A stretch of 62,833 nucleotides of DNA, filler included, from Ionaspis alba (lineage: Eukaryota): the NCBI GenBank assembly GCA_964255285.1. It is 10 parts of 10 records of this genome, joined end to end, with 100 filler letters (N's around TTAATTAATTAA, not from the genome) between each part and the next. Parts side by side here need not be neighbours in the genome. Positions count along the whole stretch, not along the records: positions 12,690 to 18,930 come from CAXUUL010000939.1; positions 19,031 to 25,262 come from CAXUUL010000940.1; positions 25,363 to 31,548 come from CAXUUL010000941.1; 7 more parts are not named here. One strand, written 5' to 3'. Below are positions 12,690 to 27,269 of this stretch, one piece after another. The first letter of the stretch is position 1. Every line of letters starts with the position of its first letter. The position numbers were made by a program, and so were the translations under genes. The notes under the pieces are model-generated. The model ran no database searches. It worked only from the letters and a program-made list of their open reading frames with translations, and was not told where the DNA came from.

Positions 12690-14761
12690 CTCCCTCCCCC
12701 AGCCTCCGCCATCCTCTGCCCCACATGCCGCGCAATCGCAATACTGTAAATCACATCGCGATTCTCCCGACTATCAAGCAAAGACCGACACTTCGTCAAC
12801 GCCGCATCGATCTCCTGCGCATTGGCCGCCTCGTCATCCCTCAGCGTCAGAAACGTGCTGATGCCGGCCCAGAAATCGCGCTCCCGCTGACGAATCTGGT
12901 CGTCGAAGGCCGTCCCGTTCCTGGCTCCCGACGCGGCATTCGACAAGGGCGGAGAATCCGAGTATTGATTTGTAACCAAGGTCTCGAAGATCTCGAGACG
13001 TCGCGCAGCGTCGTGCACGCCTTCGTTGACTTCGATGTAGTTCGTGCTGCCGTTGGTGGAGGATGCGGCGGCGGAGACTTGGCGGCAGAGGAGCATGGTT
13101 TGCCAGATTAGGTGCGCTTCGAGAGATTGCGTGATGGCGGTTTCGCGGTAGGCCGTGGGAGCTGCTGGAATCGCGAAGCGCGTGATGAGGGTGGCGTACA
13201 TTTCGCAGAGGCGCGTGTCGGCGAGGAGGTGCGAGAGGCCGCGGGTGGTGAACCAGCGGGTTTCGAGGAATTTGTCGATGCCGCTGGCGTAGATTGTGGT
13301 GTAGATGTGTTTTACTTCGTCGAGGGTGGAGGGAGGGATGGAGGTTGGGGTTGTGACACTTGGTGGAGGGACGCCGCTGACATTGAGGAGGTCTTCGATT
13401 TTAGTTGGTTTTGCTGCGAGGGAGAAGACTTTTTATTAGCTTGATATTCTCGAGAGTGGAGGTGTGAGGTGCAGTGAGTGAAGGTGAGGTAGGGAATTCG
13501 TAAAGGTGATAAGTAGTCGAAAGGAAAGGGTTGGCATGAAGCATACCTCCTAGTCGATTCTCATGCGATCCATCGTACAAAGAAGAAGAGACTTGCATTT
13601 GTGACGACGCGCCTGCTCCCTCGAGGGCAGGATCGATAGCTGCGGTGTAGTCGTAAGGTTCTACCGATGAGCCCGGTGACGCCGCACCTGCTGTCAAGCT
13701 GGGAGCGTAGGGTTGTGTGACTGCTGGCATGTAACCTTGTGGTGGTGGAGGGTATGGTGAAGCCGTCGCAGAAGTGGGCTGCATCGAAGGAGCCGAGCTT
13801 GGAGCTGGCTGGATAGCTGCAGGTCCAGGTTGAGCTTTGAAAATCGGATCGTATCCCAAACACTCTCTTTTGGATTTTTGACAATTTCGACAGGTAGGAT
13901 GAGCTTCGTCGCACTGTTGATAGTAGAATTGAAAGTGTTAGCGGTTGATCGCAAAAGAAGGTGAGTTCTCTTTTTTAAATTGATTGGAAGATCGCTTGCT
14001 GTCTCGCGAAAGATGATGAACAGGATCAACACAGGCGGTGGTGGAACAATAGGCAGACAGGCCTCGCTTGATCGGCCTTAACCGACCGCAGAAGACTGGA
14101 TCTCGTCTCGGTAAATGCTGGACCAAAGCAACTACATCTCATCGTCGAGATTGTTGAATGCGCATTGTCTAGAAGGACCACACGAGGAAACACACGAGAG
14201 ATGCCTGCCTACCTTTATCCGTCGCTTTCGACATGTCAGACACCCGGTCTTGGTCCTCCGTTTAATCTCCTTCTTGTGTCGCCCACCTGAGATCAGTCGA
14301 TTGTCTGGCGCAGGAATAGGGTATCGAAGAGGTGGATTGGGATCGGAGGTGACGTTCATGTGTTGAGGTGGAGGTGGCAACGATTGCGCCTGACCGTGGT
14401 AATACTGGCCCATCTGGTTCATGGGTGGCTGAAGAGGGGAACCCATGGAATTCTGACCACTCGTCGGTTGAGACGGTGGTTGTTGCTGCTGCGACGAGTT
14501 CTGCTGTGGCGACGGCTGTTGCTGATGCTGACTCTGTGGTCGACCATCGACGTTGCGGAGAGGAGGAAGGTTGAGAGAAGGGAGAGAGACGTGCGATCCG
14601 GTGGGCGAGGCTCGGTAGGGTTCCGTGTTCTGGCCCGAGGTGGGAGGAGGATACGCGTAGGCGGACATGGACGGAGACGGGTAAGAGTGAGGAGAGGGAT
14701 AGGACGACGCTTGACGCGACTGCGAGGTCGTAGTATTATTGTTATTTTGTTGTTGCGCCAT
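12690..14761 (-). CDS. Zn(II)2Cys6 transcription factor, OefC/Wor2-like, 3'-truncated at spacer
   Basis: Gln/Pro-rich N-terminus; cluster RRTKTGCLTCRKRRIK|CDEAHPTCRNCQKSKRECLGYDPIFK split by an intron (~14211-13915); second intron ~13546-13415. The subfamily name is from recall. Confidence 0.88.
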
Positions 14762-17700
14762 GATGGGAAATATTCTTCGAGGGGGGGAGCAGGAGTGTGG
14801 AGAGGGATTAATTCAGGGCGGTGAGCGCGAGTAACAGTGGCAGGCTCAAGATGAATGGACCGCTCAATCAACTGGGAACAACCGAGGAATTCGGTGGAAA
14901 GAACTGGAGCTCCCGCTGTGCCAGTCAGATGTGGGTGTGGAGGTGGCAGCGGGGGAGCCGACCAGGGGGTGATATGCTAAGTGGGTTAAGGGGGGGTGGA
15001 GGGATGGGGGGATGGGTGTCGGTGTTGACTGTGCGGTGCTTGGTGTCGAAGCAGCAAGTAGTGCTGCCGAAGTACTGCAGCTGCTGCTTGATGATGGAAC
15101 TTTTTTTTCTGGTTTATGCGTAGATTAGTGGTGTTTGCTGGGATGGCGAAGGAAGATTATCGACCAGTCGCGAGGCTGATCTACGCTGTGCAGCCGGCAG
15201 CAGCACGCACGTAGTTGGTGGCTCAAGCCGGATTAGGGCGTCTCGAGAAGATTAAATTGCCTAGAGTTATATGCGCGATGCTGTTAACGGCTGCTCGTCG
15301 GATCTATCCTGGTCTTCTCGAACGAACGATGGAATCCTCGTCTCTTCTCCTCGATTAACTCCCTCGTAAGCGAAGCATCTTGGACTGGAGACGAGGGCAA
15401 GGGATGAACGTGACAGGCACCGTTGAGATGAGATTCTCGAAACTTTGGCCTTGGGAAAATTTTGGAAGGGATGATGGGATGACGGATCATCTTCCGGCTG
15501 ATGCGAGGGGAAATCTTTGAGAAATGCGCGCTCCGTTGGATTGCGCAAAAGCAACGGGAGAGGATTGTGATAGGACAGTCGCTTTGCTTACCTGGTCGGG
15601 ATATTATGTTTTCTTTGATACGACAAAGTACTCGTAGAACCGATACCTATCCAATCTTCCTCTTCTCTCTTCTCTCTGAGAATCGAAGACCTTGGACCAA
15701 AATCAACTGTTGCCTGTGCTTATTTTTGTTAATTGAATATTACTTACTGCTGCTTACGGGGATGATCTCAAAATCCTTGCCGTCCACTTCCCAGATCAGC
15801 TTGATGACTACTATCGTTGCTTTTCCGGCTCCTTTTGGGTCTGGCCACCTGCTGTGCCTTGTCCGCCACCTGCCCTCCTCGGCCTGTCTGCTCTGACTAC
15901 CGCCGTGGGAGCAGCAGCAGAGGGAGACAACAGTAGCGACCCTTGGTTTTTCGCTTCAGGGGGGGCACTCGGATGGCGTTTTTAGGCGACGGGATTCCGT
16001 ACTTTAGACTCGAATCGAGCTGAGCTTCTCTACCGTCAGCAAGCGAGATATGACCAAAATCCCCTGGCTCGCGTTTTGTATTTATTGAGAAACCATCGTC
16101 GATGCCGATGATTTCGATAGAACACAACACAGAAGATGGAGTCAATGATGGAGGTGATGGTGAGAGTGAGAAAAGTTTGGCAGAGAACGTGGATGTGAAA
16201 TTTGGTGGTTTGCTTTCCCTCGATGGTTGGCTTGGTCCGTGCCTCCGCTGGTCAGAACAGACTTCAATCCCGATCCTGGTTGGACTTCTGTGCCTTCACG
16301 TATCCTCGCCACAATGGCAGCTTATGCTTCTGCTGCAACTGCAGCTTCAGCCAAAGCTTCTGTCATGGCTGCAATGCTGTCACAGACGGCTAGATCTCGT
16401 GCTTCCGGATGCTGAGTGATGAAAGATTACTGGTAGGCTGAAGACCTCGGAAGGATCCAATCGAGATCGACTTCCTGGTCTTCTCCCGCCTTTTGGCAGA
16501 GCGGCATGCATGTAATGGCAAGAACATGCAAAGCCTGTGATCTGCTGACGATCGGCTGATGCGCTTCGCAGTGTGATTCTTATCAACTCCAAGTTCCTCA
16601 ATTTCGTCTTACTTTGAGAATCCATGGAGACGTTCATGTCGGTGGTAATTACTGGCAGCATCGAGCACTGGGTGTGGAGATGTCGGTCTCACCACGGCGT
16701 GTTTTGTGCAGCACACCGGACGACATGAGCGCTATTCCTTTCGAACGCAGCGGTAGGTTTGTGCGTGCGAGGGGGCCTACTGCCAGGGCGACACGTCTGG
16801 CGCATATTCAACGGTCGGCTTGCATGGACCGATGGATGTTGCGGCGAGGTTGTGACTGGAGCGCTTCCTGGAGCATCGATGCAGATGGAAGACCAGCTGC
16901 AGGCCAACTGTAGATTCTCGAGGGCAAATCAACAGAAAGTCAATCCACGTACCGTGTTTCGCAGCTTTCTACCGTTTTTCTAGAAGGCGACCATTGAAGC
17001 GTATGTCGCTTAGGTGCAACAGCCGAAGAAGCTTATCCCACCGAGAGGCTTTCTGGTGGGTGGTGGAGCAAAGATGCCGTTGGGTTTGATCGCCGATGCT
17101 GTAGCGAGAAGATCGTCGTTTGTTATTTGTTCGGAGAATATTCGAAGGAATCTTGATCGTGCGAGTGATGGCTGTTGTCGATGCGGCGAGAAGGGCACAT
17201 ATACCAACCCACTCGCAATGCAAAGAGGACGACAGATAGGAGAGAACTTTCAGCGAAAGAGCTTTGAATTGAGACGATCCTCGCTCTATGACGCTAATGT
17301 CCTATGCAGTGGTCTTTGAAGGAAAACATGAAACACTCCCAGGTTGATTCTCACCGAAAGGAGAGGAAAAGTGCACTCTTGGTTCAGGGCTGCACGACTC
17401 CAGGTTCACTTTTTGGCTGCATTGTCCCACAAGGATAAGTCGAGTCATGGGTGGCGGAGACCCAATCCGCCATGGGAAGCTGTCAGCACTCATTGGGTCG
17501 TCAACAAGAGAAAAAGCAGATACAGATACGAGGGATAGATGCGAGATGAAGTTGCTCTCGCTCTCGTCTCTTCCACACACCAAAACGACAACCAACAATC
17601 TTTTATGGACCCCCCACGATCAACCTCGATTGCGTCGGCTACAATATGCCTATAATGTATCGAGGAATTCGTTCAGCGACTCGAAAGTCCTTCCTCGAGG

Positions 17701-18834
17701 GGTTACCTCCTACAAACGAACGGGTACAGGCGGAAGCTATCAGCGCCGGACGGTGACTCCATGCAGTCTCCAATCGTCCTCCTGCAGTGCAGTTCTTCTC
17801 CACAACAACATGCGTGACCAACCCAGCATGTCTCTTGGCAACGTCTTTTTACCAGGACTTTCTCTACCCCATCTTGGCTTTCCATGGTTTCTCTCTCGTT
17901 GAGCTCAAACGATTCGCTCATCATCTTCGATGCTCATCTCGTGAATCACGCAAACTCGCTCCTCCCCTCGCACTTGGTCCTTAATGGGTGCGCCAAGGAC
18001 TTTCCATCCACTACATGCCTGGTGAGGAGCAACGCTGCTGGTCTATTTCGAGCGAACTACCCAAACTTCTATGCTGTGGGGAACAACCGCATCTCGACCA
18101 CATGACAGTTGCGAAAATAGAATCACCAAAATTGTACCACAAACAAGTCTCCAATAGCGTGTCGTCACATACCCTTAGGCCGTCGTCGTGCCACACTTTC
18201 TCCAAGTCTCCATCACCTTTTACTTTAGCATCGTACCCGATCCAATTGCCCCACATAACTTCTTCGCATCCAGCACGATCTCCCCCTACATCCGCCGTCG
18301 TCTCAGTTCTTCCACCTCCAAGTACCTCATCCGCAAATGCTTGGTGGGAGGATACATGCCTCCTCTCTCCACTCTCCTCCTTTCAAGTAATTGGAACAAA
18401 CGGCTAGCTGCATCTCAATGATCGACAGCGCGTCGAGTGGCCACGTTGCGAAGTCTTGGAAGGCTTGGACACGATAGAAGCGCTGTGTGCCCCGAATCGG
18501 TAGGTACCCGGTTTGAGAATGGCGGAGGAAGAGTCTTGAATAGGGAACGGTGGCTTAGAAAGGGAAGTGATATGGTGGGAGGAACAGTCAAGACTGTAGA
18601 AATAGAGTTATTTACAGTATACGAACACCAACACTCGTCTTCGCACCGTGCAATAGCTGGCACTTGTACCTCGTGAGTTCCCTTCACACGCAACGCTCTA
18701 GGATCCAAGCTTCTTTCCGTCACACCAAGCCTCGTTCCAGCGTTACCTCAATACCGAACCCGTAGAACCCAATCGACACAACTGTCGTCGGCATCAACAA
18801 CCGCAAAATAAAGCACTGAGTCCCATCACTCCCA

Positions 18835-18930
18835 TTACCCATCCATCAAAACCCCTGTCCAATCAAACTTCCCCCACGCTTCCCTAAAATCCTCCACCCT
18901 CGGATCCCTTCCTCCCTTCCACCTCCCTCC
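18835..18930 (-). CDS. Possible C-terminal end of a gene cut by the contig edge
   Basis: Reads GGRWKGGRDPRVEDFREAWGKFDWTGVLMDG* from the edge. Protein-like but short, family not recognised. Confidence 0.3.
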   Translation of the reverse strand, partial: GGRWKGGRDPRVEDFREAWGKFDWTGVLMDG

Positions 18931-19030
18931 NNNNNNNNNNNNNNNNNNNNNNNNNNNNNNNNNNNNNNNNNNNNTTAATTAATTAANNNNNNNNNNNNNN
19001 NNNNNNNNNNNNNNNNNNNNNNNNNNNNNN
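18931..19030. other. Artificial contig-joining spacer
   Basis: N44-TTAATTAATTAA-N44. Confidence 0.97.
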
Positions 19031-21716
19031 TCCGTGACCAAGCCACCTCGGATGATGAAAAAGAGAAGACAGAGGACATTCATGACGAAGACGATGATGA
19101 GCACGATATAGAAGATATTTTGCCAAGCCTGATTGCCGCCAGATGCGTAGTCCTGGTAGGCGAAAGTGGCTGGGAAAGCTTGGTATTGCGGCTCCTTCAG
19201 GGTAGCGACCGTTGTAGAGTAGTTCCATTCGTGAATGAAAGGCGCGTCCAGGCTGCTCGTGAGAAGCGTGCAGCCAGCAAGTACAGCGAGTGCTTCTGCG
19301 ATGGAGGGTAGTGAAGGATCGAGAGCTTTCGTCGTCGGAATCAGCTGTGTCAAGATACGCGCATTTGCTGCTCGACCGTCTGTGATACCGGAATTGAGAC
19401 TGATAGCACGGACCAGTTCTGTCGCAACGTTGACCCAATCCATGCTTCTTAGCCCATTCGTCGCATTGATCACTCTATTGCCATATGCGAGGGAATTACC
19501 CGGACTCTCACATCGAGATGACATGGTGCCCCCGCTCATACTGGCATGATAGTGCGTGGAACAATTCGGAGTCAACGACGCTGACATCGAGCAGAGCATA
19601 TAGTCCTCGGTAGGTGAGGTTGCTAATATGTAAAGAGCGTCTGCGTGAGAAGCAGTATCATTTAGCACAGTGTTGAAAGCCGATGGAAACCTCGAGAACA
19701 CGGGCGGTCGACGGCCATATTTCTCGCCGAAACCGAAAAGATCATCGATCGCTGTCTGATTTAGCCAACTGGGAACTGCTGGTATACCGTGTCCAGCCGG
19801 CCAAGTAGTTGTGTTGAGAGGGTAATGGGTTGCATTTGGCCATTGTGTGTATACCAGTGGAGCTAGGTCTTCTTCCGTAACGCCTGCACACAGCACATTG
19901 ACCACAGGCGACGGTACAGAAGCTCCAATATGGTACTCCCCATAGCCGCTGAGATCTTGTGGCTGTAGTATATTATTGATTGGATCGCGAGCCGCAGAGA
20001 AAACTCCAGAATGAGGATAAGCAGCGCTGACGTTGAGGACCACACGGTCGTACTGCTCTGATAGGATGGTCATATTCTGAATACCAACCCAGCTGCCTTG
20101 CACTGTAGTATTATCATAAAGCATAGCAACCGGACTTGGCCGATGCCGAAGATCCGCTGAGCCGTTTCCGGTATTGATGTTCTCCGACCACGTTCCAAGA
20201 TACTGCATGTAGTTATGGTACCTGGTAATACCGATCAGCAGATGGGCAGTAAAGCCTAAGACGAGAAACATACGATTGCCCGGCATGTTCGATTTGTATG
20301 CAGGTACTTGCCGCATATTCTGGATCATTTCCTATTTGGATTGGCGTCGGACAGTGATCGGCGATGTAGAATGGATTTGCAAACGAGGTAGCGACACGAC
20401 CGAAGAGAAGTTGATCTTCGTCTCTACCCAGCTTAAGCTTAGGAGAAACTGTATTTGTTAGCACCGCTGGTTCTTTGCTCAATGATGGAGATCGATCCTG
20501 GTGCAAAATCGGCCACAAAGAGGAGAGAACGCAGAAATACATATCCAAAACAAGGGAATTGGTGTGTTCAATACAATCGTGTTGAAATGATTGACATACC
20601 TAATGCGTCACTTGCAGTCGTGTAGAGAATGGCCATGACAGTTGCAACCAAGGTTATTACACCAAGCGGGGTACTGCCTGCAAATCGCACGCTCTCCCAG
20701 TGGGTGATCATAGTTCCTGGTTGCATGACCCAGTTCCTCATTGACAGATCAGCGATCGTAATGCCTTTCGACCTCAAAATCATGGCTCGACGGCTCAACA
20801 CCTGACCCAGGAAGGCGACGAAGACAGTAACATACGACAATTCAATCGATTTGGCTAGCGCTGTTGAGAGTACAGATGCCGTTCCTGGCGACATAGCTCC
20901 CGGAAAGTTGCTAATGCGTGAATTATAGCGTGGCTTGACACAGGCTACAACAAGCCATAGTGCCGAGAGAGCGGTCGAGTAGATCGCGAGTATCAATATG
21001 GAGATTGACAGCCAGTGTTTGCGACCTTGATGGATGTTCCTGTTAGATTTGCATAGGGTGTATCCATTCGGACCTGCGAAGACAACCATCAGTTCACCAC
21101 GTGCTCGTAATGTATCTTCTGCATATCGAAGGCATATCGACGCTATAGCATGAAATAAATGCTGCTAAGCGTAGGGAATTGCTAAGTCATTAGATAAGAT
21201 GTACTTACTTCGGTGCTCAAATCCCTTTGCAGGCGATTCCGGAGTTTTTGGGGCGAGTCGTTCCGTGTCCGGTATAGAGTGGTATGCATGGTGAAGCGAC
21301 GAGACACTAGGCTTGGTGCCGTGGTGGATGTAGTCTTTTTGGAATTCTTCATCTTGATCTTCATCCTGACGAGGCGTTGATGGAGAAATCAGCAAGTCAG
21401 AGGCACTTGCCGTTCTGTCACGAGGCTTACTTCCAACCGGTACTCTTGGAAGTGATTGACGGGAGCGTGGCAAGTTCCCGATTGCCAGTCCCTGCCGGGC
21501 ATGGAGGTTCTCCACAGAATCCTCTTCGTTGGGCGGTGAAACGTCCAGTTCATCTTCGACGGTTCCGTTAGTGGGATGGCGTTGATAGCCAGGTCGATGA
21601 AGTAAGGCAGCGGGTGCGGTCAAATCAGTAGGAGTAGGAGAATCGAAGGAAATAATTGGAATTTGAAAAGGATCATCATCATTTGAATTATTTCTGGAGT
21701 GGGTTGGATTATTCAT
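19031..21716 (-). CDS. Conserved fungal multi-pass membrane protein with large glycosylated extracellular domain, 3'-truncated
   Basis: Same-strand ORFs 21165-21716, 20568-21089, 20213-20548 and 18979-20328 separated by GT-AG introns. TM segments HWLSISILILAIYSTALSALWLVVA and WQNIFYIVLIIVFVMNVLCLLFFII; many N-x-S/T sites. Confidence 0.82.
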
Positions 21717-24700
21717 GCTGAGATGAGGCTTGAAAGCTTGAATAATGGAAATGCGAAAACTCGAAGTCGCAACTAAAGCGAATGCTCGGGTCGAGAAACG
21801 GTTGGAAAATAGAGTATTAAGTGTCCCAATAGAGATATCTTGAAGAAGAGGTCAGCTAGGATTGGTCTCGATGACCAATGCCTTAAAACAAAGGCGAATT
21901 ATACAGTGAAGAGGAGAGTGAGAAGACCTCGAAAAGAAAGATTTTGGGATATTGCCGCAGTGCAGGAGGCGGAGGACCGCATCGCTGCCACAGTGTCGTG
22001 TGGATGGGACTTAGAAATTGCTAACTAATAATGAGGGCAGATCTTACCAATCGAGGACGGACGGGAGGCTTTGACTGGCCATTAGGGGCTTCGGGCTTAG
22101 AGCTGGTGAGATTGGGGGCTTGCTGCGCCGGCAAGCTGCATGAACAGCGGGCTGTTTCGGACGAGTGAGACGGCGCGTAGAATATTAGGGGCCGGCGCGG
22201 AAGCAGCTATCCAACTTCTTTTATGCCATCTACTGCAGCTTTATCTGCACCCCTCCACCTCCGTAAGACCTCATTATTGCGGCGGGAAAGCTTGGAAATG
22301 TTTAGGTCGGCCAAGTCCTGCTAGTCTTGGATAACGTTCTGTACGCCCACGATCCTGTACTCTCTGCAGGCCCTTCTCAGCCTTGCTCAATCGAAAATGC
22401 CTACATGCTTCCACGCCTTCAAACTTATTGGGCTGCTCCTTCATATTCCAGCGTGTTGGTTCCACCACGCAACCCGTTCGTCTCCCAGCCGCTTCCCTTT
22501 TCTTGTAGACGTTAGGAATTATCTCATTCGATCAGAGGAATGACCTTCTGGTACATAACATAATTAGTGAACCGCGATTCATCGTCTCATAATTTTCTTG
22601 TTAACTTTTTGTTTTTGATCGCGTCTGTCGGAAATTTACCATGCGGTTGTCACAATTCTAGGTATATGTTCCTCATGTGCATGATGATGGATCTTCCTAA
22701 GACCGCTGTCGAGTCACACCTTCAAGCCATGCCGGTCCTCATTATCGTTTATTGCTTTCCTTCGACGGGGAAGGGCCAACACTACCGTTTGATCTTCCTT
22801 GTCGCCCTCTTGCATGGAGTGGTCTTCAACAGTTGCTTTCGATTTCAAACTTTCCTGAATCCTACCATCATTCACTGTACAGAAGCTCAATTCTTAGGGA
22901 TATATGATTCATGTGTCTCAGAGACAGACAGCCTTCTGGTAAAATCATCACTTCCAGTTCACTTCTCTGAGAGACGCCGTCGGATATCTTAGGGTCACAA
23001 GCTTCGTGGTGCCGGATTCTACAAAGCCTTGGCTATTGTTTCGTTGCCTCGCAAACCATTCTAGTATTCGACTATATAGTCTCATGACTGGCCCATCGTG
23101 ACTCTGTCCGCATATTACCAACAACGTTATTGCTGAGGCTTCGTTGGAGCATCCCTATGATATCTAGCAGCCAGAGGACATCGCGATTTTACAAGGCCAA
23201 CTAAAATCCTTACTGGTCAAGCCTTTTCTGCTTAATCTTTCTTTTCTTTAGCGGGGAAAAGTGGGACTAGACATGGAACCAGGAACTTGTAGGACACAGC
23301 CAACACACCCAAAGCCATGCTCAAAACCAAGTCAAGCTTTGGTCGTTCCTGTGGGATGTTCGGCTCAAGGGAAGCGTATGATCAATTGCTTTGTCGAACA
23401 AGCTCATCTCACGGGCTCGTTAACAGGAATCAAGGAAGGAACACTTCATCGTGTCTATATATCGAGTCGATTCTTTGTGGGCTCCGTGATGGTATTACGA
23501 ATGTCCGAGGCCAAGCAAATCTTAAAGTTGCTTCACCGATAAGGCTCGATTACCACCCTGGTCGATAGCTTCCAGCAGTTCGATTGCGGACAAGAAAAGG
23601 CATTCAGCGGGTACTATTGAAATGGCATTAAGAGAACGTAAATCCGGGCATCTTAGCCTTCTGCCCGGCTCATCAAATAGCTTGGCATTTTGACATCATG
23701 GCTTTGACGGTCGAGAGCAATCTGATAGATGCTCAGAAAGAAGGCTATATCAAAGGGTGGCATCTGAGGCGCCTTTGTTGCAACTGGGCCTGTAGCAACT
23801 GGCAGCATTTCACTGTCGAGCCAGGAACCACCAACGGGAGACCGCAATTCTCGCTTCATGCTCGGAGATGTGGACCGCGACCATAGCCCCAGATGCATGA
23901 GAGCCAAAAAGCAACGCCTATGCTACCCAAGAAAGAGAGGGTTCTCCGCGGGCACAAGCAGAGAACATGATCGATTCGGGAAAGAACCTGGCCGTTGATT
24001 CCGCTGGCACCATCGACAATAACGCTTCCGGTGAGGGCTCATTGGAAACATGTGGACGGAGACTTAAGGAACGAGAAGCTAGAGGAGAACCCCGAAGTGG
24101 CGAGAGAAACATGGAGCATGCTACTCATGAGGAGATAGATGATACAGGAGGAGGACGGGAGGAGGACAGTGCCAACTGCTCACCGTAGCCCTCTCACCTA
24201 GGTGCCTTGCATCATGCCTATTGTGACTATCAAATCTACACCACCCGTATATCAGCATCTTCCAAGCAATCATAGTAGCCCTAAAATGTCTTTCCAGAAC
24301 AGAAAAATATGACCTCTCAGGAATGGACAATTCGCAATGGTGCCTAGACAGCGCTAGGGTTAGCCATCATTCTACCGTAGTACCGATACAGTAAAGCACC
24401 TACATTCTTAGCGGGCCGGACTCCAAACTCTCACCAATTTCGAACAGCCCATCATGAACTTCAATGCGAAGAAATCTATGACTTAGAAGCCTTCAAATTG
24501 TTGGTGACCATGAGCCTTGATATACGATACTTCACCGCGTATCTCTCGGCTCATTGAGCTCCGATCGGCCTTGTCCGTCTTGGACTCTTCAATCTGATGC
24601 CAGCTGGTTTCTACTCGACGACATGGAGCTTGCTGCTCCTGGAGAGGCCTACTAATGTATCTTCATGGTGGCAGTCATACGAACCACAGCCACTATGAAG

Positions 24701-25262
24701 AATGTGCTCTCTGGTGCTTGCTGATGCTCACCGGTGACCTTCAATTTGGGCAAGCCACTTCTGGCCCCAATGCCCGGTACGTGTCGTACTTGGAAATCAT
24801 ATCTCACGCACACTGGGAGATTTCGGGACCAAGTCGATTGCAACAGAAGAAAGTGCGGTAGTCCTGCTATACTGTCTGACACATGGAACTTCACTGGTGC
24901 CAGTCAGGTTGCGCTCATACGATGGTCCGTAGATAGCTATCTGATGGCATTATTGAGATATCAGCTTACGGTTCTGGCAAATGAACTTTTGGACCCCGAT
25001 CCTGGAAATGCGTGATCGCCACCGCAATGGGCAGCTCTAGGATGCTGGCAATTTCTAAAGATACAGCGTTGGTACTGTAGAGACGGCCAAGTCTTTTAGA
25101 AGAGCAACTGCGGTCTTCTCAGAGCGACTACCATAACATTTCCCGGAAAGTACGGTCGATCCAGAACTAGGTCCGGATGTTGTCTACTAGTCCAAGTATT
25201 GGTCTATAGCAGAGCATTCCTACCCTAGTGCATGCAATGGATACCTGCAAGCTCAACCGAGA

Positions 25263-25362
25263 NNNNNNNNNNNNNNNNNNNNNNNNNNNNNNNNNNNNNN
25301 NNNNNNTTAATTAATTAANNNNNNNNNNNNNNNNNNNNNNNNNNNNNNNNNNNNNNNNNNNN
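25263..25362. other. Artificial contig-joining spacer
   Basis: N44-TTAATTAATTAA-N44. Confidence 0.97.
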
Positions 25363-27269
25363 TACTCGTAAGTCTCATGGCGTCGCATAGCGACTATTGT
25401 CCTAGAGTAGATGGGACGGATACCTGATACGGATTAGCAACACCAAGATTGTCCAGATAAGAGTGGCTGTCAGATGGTGATCGTCGCTAACTTCTACCCG
25501 CTCCACAGTACGTTCTCCTCCAAGAGCACAATGATCGATCTCTCCTATCCAAGGAACCGTAACATGAACGTGCTCGTGGACGCGTTTCCTCATCCACAGT
25601 GGCTATTGCCGCGACCTCGGCCCTTCTGCACTCATTCCCCAACCGTCGGAAACCGGACAGAAGAGCCGTTGTCATGTTATTCGTTTGTGCGCGGCGTATG
25701 CACTATGCAGACGCAGGAGACAAGGAAGTTGGAGTGGAATCCCCACAGACAAGGGAGCGTACGCGTATTCAGCGGCCAATGGGCGACAAAGTCGATCTCG
25801 AAGCCTTTCCCACTTAGGGGCTGACGGGGGCTTGATGAACATCCTTGTTCTGGGCCCCCGGTCAGGCGGTGTTGTGGAGTGTGGTGTGTCTGTGTGCGGA
25901 TGGGCATGGGATCGGTGGCTTGAACGGTCGCGCATGATTGGCACTATCCTGCTGCTCTCATGCTGTTGAGTGTTGGACTATCCTGGAAGGAGAGCCGGTG
26001 CTTGTGTCCATCCCATGGACCATCAATCACCCATCCACCAGCATCCAGCACCAGACCCCATTCTTGCACACCCTGGGACGTCCCTTAGCCTGGACGACTG
26101 ACTACTCTTTTAGGGCGGGCTCTCCGTTCGTTGGAAGGTGATGGTGGCTGCTTCGACGGATGACTCGCTAGCTTCCAAAGGAACCATTTAAATTAATTAT
26201 CCAATCGTCCCACCAATTGTGTGATCGATTATTGCGTGGAGAAGAAAGACAAAAGGAAGGGCTAAGCACTAGGCTTCTCCCTCCAAGGTTGACTTCCCGT
26301 TGCTCCCGCTTTGCATTTTCTCCAGTTTGGCTCTAACACTTTAGATCCAGGCGGCGTTGCTCCCTAAGATAGGCTCTCTCGGTCGCTTCGTCCTTTCAGC
26401 TGGGCAAAAAAACAACCTTTCGGCGCATTTTCAGCCCCTCTCGTCAGCAGCTCACCAGAGAGTTTTGCATATGATTCAAGTGACTTCTTTATCACAATCC
26501 CACTACTCAATTTCGACGAGCTTGGTCGAGTCGGATTGGTGATTGATTCAGGTATAGCAGAGCCTTGGGAGGTAGACAGTTCTGGATTTCTTGGTTGGGC
26601 AAGGACACCCAAGACCGAAGCAGCGGCTCTCGCTAGTCAAGATCCCTCCCTCCAATCCCCCCTCCGTCAAACTTGTCGAATCGCGGCGTCCTGCCCTCCC
26701 TTCCACCGCATCTCAGCTTCTTTCCTCCATCCCTTCCTTCTTCACCTCCAACCGTCCGTCTTTTGGCTTCACCTCACGGACCAAGGCACTCGTCTCTTGT
26801 TGTGAGTCGCAATTCTTTCCTGCATCTATACCTTCGTGTCGTGGTCGCATTTGTTTTGTGTAAGTCAGTGTCAGACCGTTTCATCAGCTTGAATCGATAG
26901 ATAGCCTTGCCCTCTGTCTGTCATTGAAATCAAGAAACGCTCGTCGTCGAAACAAGTCCTTCTGTACTCGAATTGGCCCTCGCGCACTCATCGTCGCTTC
27001 GATCATTCCTAATTCGCCTTTTAGGTCTATTGAGTTCCGTGCGACGAACTTTAGCTTTACCATCCCTTCGTCAAGGAACAACGGTTTGGATACCGACACT
27101 TTGGTATTCGGGGTCGCATTGTTCGACAACTTCGAGACTGTATACTGAGATCGCGGATATCACATCTATCGACAACGCAGATATCGACACATCCATCATC
27201 AATCCCGTTCGTCGCGAAACTCTCTAAACACAAAACCAGATTGATCCCCTGAACGGGCCAGTCGTCGAG

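Noticed and set aside
23653..24330. Group of short ORFs in piece 4
   Set aside because: All are under 90 aa, overlap on both strands and give no coherent gene model.
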